Source of the DNA: Parcubacteria group bacterium
Lineage (GTDB): Bacteria; Patescibacteriota; Minisyncoccia; UBA6257; Colwellbacteraceae
Reading direction: 5' to 3'
Length of the DNA stretch: 64,000 bases
Assembly (NCBI GenBank): GCA_041649415.1
Contig: JBAZND010000001.1
Location: forward strand, 167,128 to 231,127
Shown here piece by piece: positions 55,831-64,000 of this stretch (the first letter of the stretch is position 1; the number at the start of each line of letters is the position of its first letter). A program made the position numbers and the translations under genes. Under the pieces are notes generated by a model. It searched no databases, was not told the origin of the DNA, and saw only the letters and a list, made by a program, of their open reading frames with translations.

Positions 55831-55867
55831 AAAAAGAAGGAAGGAGTGAGGAACTTCCTTCTTTTTT
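55831..55867 (+). terminator. Intrinsic terminator after trxB
   Basis: AAAAAGAAGGAAG-gagtgaggaa-CTTCCTTCTTTTTT. Confidence 0.8.
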
Positions 55868-55882
55868 AATATCTAATTCGGA

Positions 55883-56350
55883 ATGACAATTGCCATTCTA
55901 GATAACATCCGCTCCGCACATAATGTTGGCTCTATCTTCCGTACCGCCGATGCTTTTGGAATATCGGAAGTTTACTTATGCGGCACAACACCAACTCCCG
56001 TAGATAAATTCGGCCGCACGAGACGCGATATTGAAAAAGTCGCCCTGGGCGCCGAAAAAACCATGCCCTGGAAATATTTTTCTTCCACCCTGCGCGCAGT
56101 TAATTCATCAAAAAGGAAAGGAATAAAAATATTTTCCATTGAACAAAATGAAAAGTCGGAAGACATTAGCAAATTGAATAATTATAAAAACTTCGACATT
56201 GCTTTAGTCTTCGGGAACGAAGTAGAAGGTATATCGCAGAAAGTTCTTAAAAATTCCGATAAAATTTTTGAAATTCCGATGTTTGGGAAGAAGGAGTCAT
56301 TAAACGTATCTGTTGCTTTCGGTATCGCTGTCTACAATATAAGAAAATGA
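55883..56350 (+). CDS. SpoU/TrmH family RNA 2'-O-methyltransferase
   Basis: NVGSIFRTADAFG, FGNEVEGIS and SLNVSVAFGIAVY (SPOUT knot motifs). Confidence 0.85.
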   Translation: MTIAILDNIRSAHNVGSIFRTADAFGISEVYLCGTTPTPVDKFGRTRRDIEKVALGAEKTMPWKYFSSTLRAVNSSKRKGIKIFSIEQNEKSEDISKLNNYKNFDIALVFGNEVEGISQKVLKNSDKIFEIPMFGKKESLNVSVAFGIAVYNIRK

Positions 56351-56757
56351 TTTGTTTTGCCGCATTTATATCAATAATATTGCCGGTTGCTTTAATTTTC
56401 CTGCCTTCTCCAAAGAAGACGGAAATCACCATTGGAAAAGTGCGAATTGAGGTTACCGAAGCCCGTTCTGTTGCGAACAAGATAGTTGGTCTTATAGGTA
56501 AGAAAAATTGCGAGAAAGGAAATGCCATGCTTTTTCGCTTTCTTTTTCCCTCAAGAAAAATTTTTTGGACGGTTGGGATGCAGTTTCCCATAAACATCTT
56601 TTGGATAAGAGAAGGGCGAATAATCGCGGTCTCCAAAAACATTCCACCCGGAACGCGCTATATTTCTTCTCCGGACCGCATAGACGCGGCGCTTGAAGCA
56701 TGTCCTAATTTTTATCGGAAGAATAAACTGCCGGATAGTGGTAAAATTACCTACTGA
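56347..56757 (+). CDS. DUF192 (COG1430) family protein
   Basis: GLIGKKNCEKGNAMLF...MQFPINIFWIREGRII matches the DUF192 pattern. Confidence 0.65.
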   Translation: MICFAAFISIILPVALIFLPSPKKTEITIGKVRIEVTEARSVANKIVGLIGKKNCEKGNAMLFRFLFPSRKIFWTVGMQFPINIFWIREGRIIAVSKNIPPGTRYISSPDRIDAALEACPNFYRKNKLPDSGKITY

Positions 56758-57957
56758 ATGAATTTATCGGAAAAGAAAGACCGAATTTTCGGCTTTCGGA
56801 GAAACGTCTTTTTCTTAGGCCTTGTAAGCCTTTTCAATGATTTCTCAAACGAGATGATCCAATCCGTGATGCCGGTGTTTTTAAGCGTCACGTTGGGCGT
56901 TCCGCCGGTTTTTGTCGGTATCTTTGAGGGAATCGCCGACGCAGTCGCAAGCTTTTTAAAGATCATTTCCGGCTACGTTTCGGACAGGATCCATAAAAGA
57001 AAATCGCTCGCGATTATTGGCTATATGCTATCGGTTGCGGTGCGGCCCATTTATGCCATAGCTTCTTCCTTCGGGCGAGTCTTAAGCATACGGATAATAG
57101 ACAGGGTCGGCAAAGGTTTCCGCGAAGCGCCAAGAGACGCGCTTCTTTCGGAATCGGTTGAAAAAAAAGAACTCGGCAAATCTTTCAGCTTCCAACGCGC
57201 GATGGACAGCATTGGAGGAATCGCAGGTCCCTTAAGCGCGTTTTTGATTTTACCCCTGTTCGGAGGAAATAATTATCGTCCGCTTTTCTTTATCGCCTTT
57301 GGCATAGGGCTTCTCGCTCTCATGAGTTTTGTTTTCATTAAGGACGCTCCTGTTGATTCCAAACGTCCGCCGATGAGATTCAATATGGCGATTTTCAAAA
57401 AGAATAAGAAATTTGCCCTCTTCTTGCTCGCTATTTTTGTCTTTGGAATGGGCACATTACCCATTACCCTAATGCTCTTGAGGCCCATCGAAATTGGTTC
57501 GTCCCTTGCGAACATACCTCTGCTTTATCTAATTTACAGCTTGGTTTTTGTCATTGCTGCCGTGCCATTCGGAAAACTGTCGGACAAAATAGGAGAGCGA
57601 TTTATCATCCCTTTTGGTTTTGTGTCGGCGATCGCTTGTTACTTTATTCTCGGAACAGCCGCGAATTCTATCTGGACGGCGGTTCTGGCATTTGCCTTGT
57701 TCGGAATTTATTCCGCCGCGACGGACGGAATCGGCCGGGCTCTCACAACCAAACTTGTGGACCCTGATCTTTTAGCAACGGGGCAGGGTTTTCTTCAAAC
57801 TGCTATTGGCGTTTCGTCTCTTCTTGCTGGACTTATCGGAGGACTTTTATGGACTAAGTTTGACGCCTTCTGGGCATTTGCTTATGGCGCCACTTTTGCG
57901 GCATTGGGACTTATTATTTTTCTGGTTATCAATTTCTTGCCCCGCCGCCAAGTTTAA
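56758..57957 (+). CDS. MFS transporter
   Basis: About 12 TM helices and a loop motif DRIHKRKS between TM2 and TM3. Confidence 0.8.
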   Translation: MNLSEKKDRIFGFRRNVFFLGLVSLFNDFSNEMIQSVMPVFLSVTLGVPPVFVGIFEGIADAVASFLKIISGYVSDRIHKRKSLAIIGYMLSVAVRPIYAIASSFGRVLSIRIIDRVGKGFREAPRDALLSESVEKKELGKSFSFQRAMDSIGGIAGPLSAFLILPLFGGNNYRPLFFIAFGIGLLALMSFVFIKDAPVDSKRPPMRFNMAIFKKNKKFALFLLAIFVFGMGTLPITLMLLRPIEIGSSLANIPLLYLIYSLVFVIAAVPFGKLSDKIGERFIIPFGFVSAIACYFILGTAANSIWTAVLAFALFGIYSAATDGIGRALTTKLVDPDLLATGQGFLQTAIGVSSLLAGLIGGLLWTKFDAFWAFAYGATFAALGLIIFLVINFLPRRQV

Positions 57958-58058
57958 ATATTTTTCCCCAATCAACAGAATCGCGCCGGTCAAGGGAAAC
58001 AGCCGTTATTAATTCGTAAAAAATACTAAAAACTCATTTTTTGGGGTATAATCCAACC

Positions 58059-59078
58059 ATGGCAAAGATAGCTATTAACGGGTTTGGCCGCATCGGCCGT
58101 CTGTTTTTTCGTCGGGCATTCGGGCAAAGAGGCATTGAAATTGTCGCCATAAACGATTTGGGGAATCTTGATAATCTCGCTTATCTTCTGAAATACGACA
58201 CCGTTTATCGCGCTTTTGGATACGACGTCAAGACAGATGGCGAAAACCTCATTGTCCGCGGCAAAAAAATTAAATTTTTTCAAATTAAAGAGCCTGCCGA
58301 ACTGCCGTGGCGAAAACTGGGAGTAGATATTGTGGTTGAGTCAACCGGAGTTTTTGAGTCTTATGAAAAAGCCTCCGCGCACCTTAGAGCCGGGGCAAAA
58401 CGCGTTGTTATCACTGCTCCGGCAAAGGATGCAGACGGAATCATGGGGAAAACGGTGCTTCTGGGAGTTAACGAAAACGAAAGTTCCACTTGCAAAATCA
58501 CCTCAAATGGCAGTTGCACGACAAACGCCGCCTCTCCCGTCATCGCCGCGCTTGCGGATAACCCGGGCATTGAAAAGGCAATGTTAAATACGGTTCATGC
58601 CTATACAGCGACGCAAGCGCTCGTGGACTCTCCCGTTAAAGGAAGCGATTTTAGACGGGGACGCGCGGCGGCTCAAAACATAATTCCTTCAACAACCGGC
58701 GCCGCTCTTTCCGTGACAAGAGCGGTTAAAAGCCTTGACGGGAAGTTTGACGGCATAGCCATTCGGGTTCCTTCCGTGACCGGTTCAATCGCCGACATAA
58801 CTTTTGTTGCCAAGCGTCCAGTTACGGCGGAAGAGATTAACGATATTTTACGAAAGGCCGCAAAATCACCCCGTTTTAAAAAACTTTTATCCGTTTCGGA
58901 TGAATCTCTTGTTTCTTCGGACGTAATAGGAGAACCGCATGCTTCAATTGTAGACGCGCAATTTACAAAGGTCGTGGGAGGAAATCTCGTCAAAGTTCTT
59001 GCGTGGTATGATAATGAAGCTGGATATGTGGAGACGCTGTTGTCGCATGTCTCTCTCGTCGCAAAAAACATCAAATAA
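58059..59078 (+). CDS. gap: Type I glyceraldehyde-3-phosphate dehydrogenase
   Basis: MAKIAINGFGRIGR and an active-site region SNGSCTTNAASP. TATAAT at 58047-58052 lies 6 nt before the ATG. Confidence 0.95.
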   Translation: MAKIAINGFGRIGRLFFRRAFGQRGIEIVAINDLGNLDNLAYLLKYDTVYRAFGYDVKTDGENLIVRGKKIKFFQIKEPAELPWRKLGVDIVVESTGVFESYEKASAHLRAGAKRVVITAPAKDADGIMGKTVLLGVNENESSTCKITSNGSCTTNAASPVIAALADNPGIEKAMLNTVHAYTATQALVDSPVKGSDFRRGRAAAQNIIPSTTGAALSVTRAVKSLDGKFDGIAIRVPSVTGSIADITFVAKRPVTAEEINDILRKAAKSPRFKKLLSVSDESLVSSDVIGEPHASIVDAQFTKVVGGNLVKVLAWYDNEAGYVETLLSHVSLVAKNIK

Positions 59079-59080
59079 AA

Positions 59081-59989
59081 ATGGAAAAAATCAAATTAAA
59101 TTCGTTCGGTTCTTTGTTTAAGGAGTCGTTCAATGATTTTAAAACTCGCTTCAAAACAATTTCCGTCCTCGCGCTCATTACCTTAGCCGTTAGCATCGTT
59201 TTTACGCCGCTCATAATAGTGGGATTTATGGCGGGGATAGCAAATGTCGCTCTTGGAGCAACTATAAGCGCTTTGGCCATGATAATCTTCGCTTTCGGGA
59301 AGTGCTTTATGAACGGTGTCTTTATGTATTCCATGAAAGACGGAGCAAAAGTCAAAGAGTCGTTCAAATTCATCTGGAAAAATCTTAAAAGCTATCTTTG
59401 GATAATAATCCTCATAGCTTTGGTCGTGTTGCCCGGTTTCATCGCTGGCATAATCCCGGGCATCATCATATCTGTTTTTCTTATGTTTTCTTCGCTTATT
59501 TTTATGGACGACGGAACGAAAGGGATGTCTGCTCTTATTAAGAGCAAAAACTACATAAAAGGTTTCTTTTGGCCGATAGTCGGAAGACTTACCCTTTTCA
59601 GCTTGGTTGTTATGGGAGGAACAATAGTCATCACTATATTAGGTCAGCCCATACTCCAATTTTTACTTGAATTCTTTGTCATTATGCCGGTAAGTTTTTG
59701 CTTCTTGTGGCGATTATATAAAGACCTGAAAAACAAGAAGCCGGAAATTGCCTCCACCATCCCCGGAAAGAAAGGATGGATTAAAGTTCTTGCCATTGTC
59801 GGCGGCGTTCTTATCACAGTTGTCGTAATTACGATATCGGTGGTCGCTGTTGCAATTTCGCCGAAGATTAAACAGGGTCTTCAAGAATTCTTTGCCCTAC
59901 ACCTCACTACGTACCAAAACGACAATATTAACGTTAACGACGAGGGATTGCAGAAATTACTGGAAAATATTCAAGGAACGCAAAAATAA
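59081..59989 (+). CDS. Hypothetical polytopic membrane protein
   Basis: Six or more TM helices. No family recognised. Confidence 0.6.
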   Translation: MEKIKLNSFGSLFKESFNDFKTRFKTISVLALITLAVSIVFTPLIIVGFMAGIANVALGATISALAMIIFAFGKCFMNGVFMYSMKDGAKVKESFKFIWKNLKSYLWIIILIALVVLPGFIAGIIPGIIISVFLMFSSLIFMDDGTKGMSALIKSKNYIKGFFWPIVGRLTLFSLVVMGGTIVITILGQPILQFLLEFFVIMPVSFCFLWRLYKDLKNKKPEIASTIPGKKGWIKVLAIVGGVLITVVVITISVVAVAISPKIKQGLQEFFALHLTTYQNDNINVNDEGLQKLLENIQGTQK

Positions 59990-60005
59990 AAAACGCGAAA
60001 AACAC

Positions 60006-60467
60006 GTGATTATCTACATCGGCGCCGACCATAGAGGATTTAATCTTAAAGAATCGCTGAAACATTATCTAAAGGACAGCGGATATACTGTCACCGATTT
60101 GGGAAGCGAAACCCTCATGCCGGATGATGATTATCCCGATATCGCTTCCCTTGTCGCGGAGAAAGTAAGTATGAATCCCGATGGGAGCAAAGGAATTATC
60201 GCTTGCGGTTCGGGTATAGGCGCAGACGTTGTGGCCAACAAATTTCCGCGCATAAGATCGGCGCTTGCCATGACTCCGGACCAGGCCTACTTGAGCCGAA
60301 ACGATGACGACACAAACGTTTTAGCTCTCGCCGCGGAGCTAATCGACGATTATGCGGCGAAAACCATTCTTGCCACGTGGCTTCAGACTCCTTTTGCGAA
60401 AGAACTGCGGTTTATGAGGCGAATTGCGAAAATCAGAGACGTTGAGGAAAAAGTTAAGTCATTATAA
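60006..60467 (+). CDS. rpiB: Ribose-5-phosphate isomerase B
   Basis: IIYIGADHRGFNLKESLKHYL and GIIACGSGIGADVVANK (RpiB/LacAB family). GTG start assumed at 60006; the ORF is open from 59850 and overlaps the previous gene. Confidence 0.85.
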   Translation: MIIYIGADHRGFNLKESLKHYLKDSGYTVTDLGSETLMPDDDYPDIASLVAEKVSMNPDGSKGIIACGSGIGADVVANKFPRIRSALAMTPDQAYLSRNDDDTNVLALAAELIDDYAAKTILATWLQTPFAKELRFMRRIAKIRDVEEKVKSL

Positions 60468-60473
60468 GCCAAA

Positions 60474-61124
60474 ATGGAAATAATCCCCGTTATAAACTGT
60501 GATGATTTAGAGTGTGTGAAAGAAAAGCTTTTAAAAGCGAACGAAATTCTTTCCGAAACTCCGAAAAAGATTCACATTGACATTTCAGATGGGGTATATG
60601 CCCTTAAGCCGGAATGGAACGACCCAGCTTATTTGGAAAATTTTCTGGCAGAAAATAATTTGGAATTTAACATAGGCGTTCATTTAATGATGAAACATCC
60701 ATCATCTGAAATAGAAAAATGGTCGCTACTCGTGAAAAAAGCGGCAGTTCCCATAGATTGCGAAGAAGATGCAAGAAAAATGGCAAAACTCTGCCGCGAA
60801 AAAAACATAACCCCTTGTCTTTCCATTCCGCCGAATATTTCCGCTAAATCGGCGATTGAATACGCGGATAGTTTTGATGAATTTCAAATTCTCGCCGTCT
60901 CGCCGGGCCCCTCGGGACAAAAAATGTGTTTAGGAACTTTTGAGAAAATTGAATTCATAAAAGATAATCTACCCTCTGCTATAATTGAAATAGACGGGGG
61001 CGTTAATCCCGAAGTGATTCCTCATCTGAAAGAAGCAGGAGCCGATATTGTTCTCTCCGGAAGCTACATTTTCGGCGCCGAGAATCCCAGATCAGCATAT
61101 CTGGAATTAAAATCACTAGCGTAA
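60474..61124 (+). CDS. rpe: Ribulose-phosphate 3-epimerase family protein
   Basis: IHIDISDG and IEIDGGVNPEVIPHLKEAGADIVLSGSYIF match the Rpe TIM-barrel pattern. The N-terminus is divergent. Confidence 0.6.
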   Translation: MEIIPVINCDDLECVKEKLLKANEILSETPKKIHIDISDGVYALKPEWNDPAYLENFLAENNLEFNIGVHLMMKHPSSEIEKWSLLVKKAAVPIDCEEDARKMAKLCREKNITPCLSIPPNISAKSAIEYADSFDEFQILAVSPGPSGQKMCLGTFEKIEFIKDNLPSAIIEIDGGVNPEVIPHLKEAGADIVLSGSYIFGAENPRSAYLELKSLA

Positions 61125-61964
61125 ATGATACAGGAAATAACCGAGGCAAAATTAAAACTCATAGAAGAAAAAGCGACAGAGATAAGGAGCGAAATAATTA
61201 AAATGCTTGTGGAAGCGCGCTCGGGACATTCTGCCGGCTCCTTGGGAATGGCCGACGTCTTTGCTTCTCTCTATTTTCACGTTTTAAAACACGATCCTAA
61301 AAATCCTTCATGGGAAGAAAGGGACAGACTGATTCTTTCAAATGGTCACATATGTCCCGCGCGTTATGCTGCCATGGCCATTGCCAGCTATTTCCCGACA
61401 AGAGAGCTTTTAACTTTAAGGAAAACCAATTCGCGCCTGCAGGGACATCCTCACAGAACCTCGCTTCCCGGAGTAGAAACTACCTCTGGCCCTTTGGGGA
61501 CGGGCTTAGGACAAGCAATAGGCGTAGCTCTTGCGGGAAAAATTGATGGCAAAAAATGGCGCGTGTATTGTCTTCTCTCGGACGGAGAGCACGATGAGGG
61601 AAACCACTGGGAAACGGCAATGTTTGCCGGAAAAATGAGAATCAACAATTTAACCGCGATAGTGGACAGAAACAATATCCAGATAGACGGGCATACGGAG
61701 GATGTTATGCCCTTGGAGCCGCTACGCGACAAATATATTTCTTTTGGCTGGCACGTGCTTGAAGTGGACGGACATAATCCTTACGAAATCATTTCGGCGG
61801 CAGGCGAAGCCGAAGCGATCTATGAAAAACCGACGGTTATTATCGCCCACACGATTCCCGGAAAAGGAGTGAGCTTTATGGAAAATAATTATTTATGGCA
61901 TGGAAAAGCGCCAAGCGGCCGAGAAGCAAAAATAGCGCTTGAGGAAATAAATAGGAAAAAGTAA
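61125..61964 (+). CDS. Transketolase, N-terminal (TPP-binding) subunit
   Basis: GHSAGSLGMADVF and LSDGEHDEGNHWE. This is the split-tkt arrangement. Confidence 0.9.
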   Translation: MIQEITEAKLKLIEEKATEIRSEIIKMLVEARSGHSAGSLGMADVFASLYFHVLKHDPKNPSWEERDRLILSNGHICPARYAAMAIASYFPTRELLTLRKTNSRLQGHPHRTSLPGVETTSGPLGTGLGQAIGVALAGKIDGKKWRVYCLLSDGEHDEGNHWETAMFAGKMRINNLTAIVDRNNIQIDGHTEDVMPLEPLRDKYISFGWHVLEVDGHNPYEIISAAGEAEAIYEKPTVIIAHTIPGKGVSFMENNYLWHGKAPSGREAKIALEEINRKK

Positions 61965-62963
61965 ATGCTTAAAGATTTTATCAACAAACATCGGAACGAC
62001 GACATTGATGCCATTCGGAACGGTTTTGGCGAAGCGCTTGCGGAGGAAGGCGAGAAAAATAAAGACATCGTTGTGCTTGCGGGAGATGTAACCGAATCCA
62101 CTCGATGCGACAAATTTGCCGAAAAATTTCCAAAAAGATTTTTCAACGTCGGCGTTGCCGAACAGGGAATGGCTTCCATAGCCGCAGGGTTCGGCATAAG
62201 CGGTAAGATTCCGTTTATCGCTTCATACGCTGCCTTTTCCCCGGGAAGAAATTGGGAGCAAATCAGGACGACTATCGCCTATAACGATTCAAACGTCAAA
62301 ATCGCCGGTCATCATGCGGGAATTATGACGGGGCCGGACGGCGCGACTCACCAAGCAATTGAAGATATTGCGACCATGAGAGTCATGCCGAATATGAAAG
62401 TTATCGTTCCCTGCGATGTTATTGAAGCTAAAAAGGCAACTATCGCCGCTTCCAAAATGTGGGGCCCGGTTTATCTAAGATTCGTTCGCGAGAGGACGCC
62501 TATAATAACCACGGAAGAAGCGCCTTTTATTCCAGGCAAAGCCGAGATATTCTGGGACTCTTCGGGCGGCAAGAAAAGAAAAACCAAAATTCCTCAAGTA
62601 TGCATTGCCGCTTGCGGCCCGCTTGTCGCAAACGCTCTAACTGCCGCCGAAACGTTGAACGAAGAAGGCATTGGCTCAGTTGTTTTAAACGTTCATACCA
62701 TAAAACCCTTGGATGAAAAGAAAATTTTAGAAATGGCGAAAAAATGCGGAGCGTTCGTTTCCGTTGAAGATCATTCCGTTATCGGAGGACTCGGAAGCGC
62801 AATTGCCGAACTTCTCGCAAAGGAAAAGCCAACTTCAATGGAATTTATCGGAATGCAGGATACGTTTGGGGAATCTGGCGATCCGTGGGAACTCGTCCAA
62901 AAATACGAAATGTCCGCGAAAGACATCGTCCGCGCCGCAAAAAGAGCAATCAAAAATGCTTGA
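61965..62963 (+). CDS. Transketolase, C-terminal (pyrimidine-binding) subunit
   Basis: FFNVGVAEQGMASIAAG and GATHQAIEDIATMR. Confidence 0.9.
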   Translation: MLKDFINKHRNDDIDAIRNGFGEALAEEGEKNKDIVVLAGDVTESTRCDKFAEKFPKRFFNVGVAEQGMASIAAGFGISGKIPFIASYAAFSPGRNWEQIRTTIAYNDSNVKIAGHHAGIMTGPDGATHQAIEDIATMRVMPNMKVIVPCDVIEAKKATIAASKMWGPVYLRFVRERTPIITTEEAPFIPGKAEIFWDSSGGKKRKTKIPQVCIAACGPLVANALTAAETLNEEGIGSVVLNVHTIKPLDEKKILEMAKKCGAFVSVEDHSVIGGLGSAIAELLAKEKPTSMEFIGMQDTFGESGDPWELVQKYEMSAKDIVRAAKRAIKNA

Positions 62964-63969
62964 TATCATTACAATCGGTTCTTCCACCGTTGATTTTTTT
63001 CTTGAAACGGAATTTCCTTCCGTGCCATGGAATACCCCTTCGGGACGCGCCATAGTCATTCCTTTCGGCGAAAAATTTTCAGCAAAAAATTCTTTGATAA
63101 CTTCCGGAGGAAACGCCGTTAATACAGCTGTAACTTTTCGGCGGCAAGGATTAAAAACCGCCACGGCAATCAAACTTGGGCAGGATGTCGCAGGCGAAAT
63201 GATTTATTCCCGTTTAAACGGCGAAGGAGTAAAAGATAAATTCATTATTTGGGATGAAACTCTTCCCACCTCCCGCTCTGCCGTGCTTTTGGAACGTGGC
63301 GAGCGTTCCATCATCACTTATCAAGGAGCGGGAGCCGCTATTTCCGCTAAGGATATAAATCTAAAACGATTAAGAGCAAAATGGTGGTATGTTTCTCTCC
63401 CGGGCGATTCGTATAAGCTATTTTCAACATTGGCGAGAGCGTCATACGAAATGGGCGTAAAACTCGCTCTTAACCCGACCCTTAGGCACATTCGCGAAGG
63501 GAAAAAACAATTACTTGCCAATTTGAAATACGTGGACTTTCTCGTGCTGAACGAAAGTGAAGCGGCGGAACTTACAGGAATTCCTTTTTCAAACGAAGCG
63601 GAAGTATTCCGAATAATTGATAAACTCGCGCCGGGAATTGTCGCTGTTACGAGAGGAAATAAAGGTTCGGTTGTCTCAAACGGCGAATACATTTTTAGAG
63701 CGGGTATTTTCAAGGAAAAGAGAATGACAGATCGAACAGGAGCGGGAGATGCTTACGGATCCGGTTTTGTCGCGGGACTAATCCGTTGCAAAGCGGACTG
63801 TAACAGCTATGTTCCGGAAAAAATCAAATATGCCATCCGTCTCGCCACGGCAAACGCCGCTTCAGTTGTGGAGAACATTGGCGCTTCGGAGAACGCTCTA
63901 TACAAGAAGGAGTTTGATAACGCTTCCAGATACCGTAAATTAGGAATAAGCCAAAATAGGGTAAAATAA
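62956..63969 (+). CDS. PfkB-family carbohydrate kinase (ribokinase-like)
   Basis: The N-terminus MLDIITIGSSTVDFF and the motif DRTGAGDAYGSGFVAGL fit the family. The start at ATG 62956 overlaps the tkt stop by 8 nt. Confidence 0.8.
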   Translation: MLDIITIGSSTVDFFLETEFPSVPWNTPSGRAIVIPFGEKFSAKNSLITSGGNAVNTAVTFRRQGLKTATAIKLGQDVAGEMIYSRLNGEGVKDKFIIWDETLPTSRSAVLLERGERSIITYQGAGAAISAKDINLKRLRAKWWYVSLPGDSYKLFSTLARASYEMGVKLALNPTLRHIREGKKQLLANLKYVDFLVLNESEAAELTGIPFSNEAEVFRIIDKLAPGIVAVTRGNKGSVVSNGEYIFRAGIFKEKRMTDRTGAGDAYGSGFVAGLIRCKADCNSYVPEKIKYAIRLATANAASVVENIGASENALYKKEFDNASRYRKLGISQNRVK

Positions 63970-64000
63970 GACTATGGAATCATTCGAAAAAGCGGCTAAA

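Noticed and set aside
60006-63969. rpiB-rpe-split tkt-PfkB kinase cluster as a possible novel pathway.
   Set aside because: All members have clear family signatures and together form the ordinary non-oxidative pentose-phosphate/ribose salvage module common in reduced genomes.

Overview
Gene-dense chromosomal segment spanning the replication-origin neighbourhood of a small-genome bacterium: rpmH-rnpA-yidC-jag on the minus strand, dnaA-dnaN on the plus strand. Gene content suggests Patescibacteria/CPR (Parcubacteria-like), by inference only: stand-alone 5'-3' exonuclease, split transketolase, short YebC, TrbC/VirB2-like mini-pilins, a PG-binding giant surface protein and many orphan single-pass membrane proteins. 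The standard genetic code applies, since TGA is used as a stop. I call about 70 CDS and 3 tRNAs (Val-UAC, Ile-UAU, Leu-UAG). I found no rRNA, CRISPR, cas genes, reverse transcriptase or clear prophage. Most of the window is housekeeping: replication and repair (dnaA, dnaN, gyrA, ruvB, ruvC, mutM, holA-like), translation (rpmH, rpsT, rpsA, rpsO, tyrS, tsaE), proteostasis (ftsH, clpP, htrA-like, clpB), RNA turnover (pnp, nusA), redox (grx-like, trxB) and a non-oxidative pentose-phosphate operon (rpiB, rpe, split tkt, PfkB kinase). Seven leads stand out. (1) A tandem array of self-contained promoter-RBS-ORF-terminator cassettes between htrA and clpB encodes very divergent ~150-aa membrane proteins, and its regulatory DNA is better conserved than its coding DNA. 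(2) An unclassified structured RNA locus lies upstream of the grx/trxB operon. (3) A 460-bp non-coding region carries nested palindromes, iteron-like repeats and a DnaA-box cluster. (4) A GIY-YIG nuclease gene is bracketed by 26-27-bp inverted hairpin repeats. (5) An S-layer-like 1141-aa surface protein has a long structured leader and a possible partner protein. (6) There is a genomically encoded tRNA-Ile(UAU). (7) Many genes have a -10 box 6-8 nt from the start codon, a leaderless-mRNA architecture. No complete, recognisable novel multi-gene system can be demonstrated from the sequence alone.
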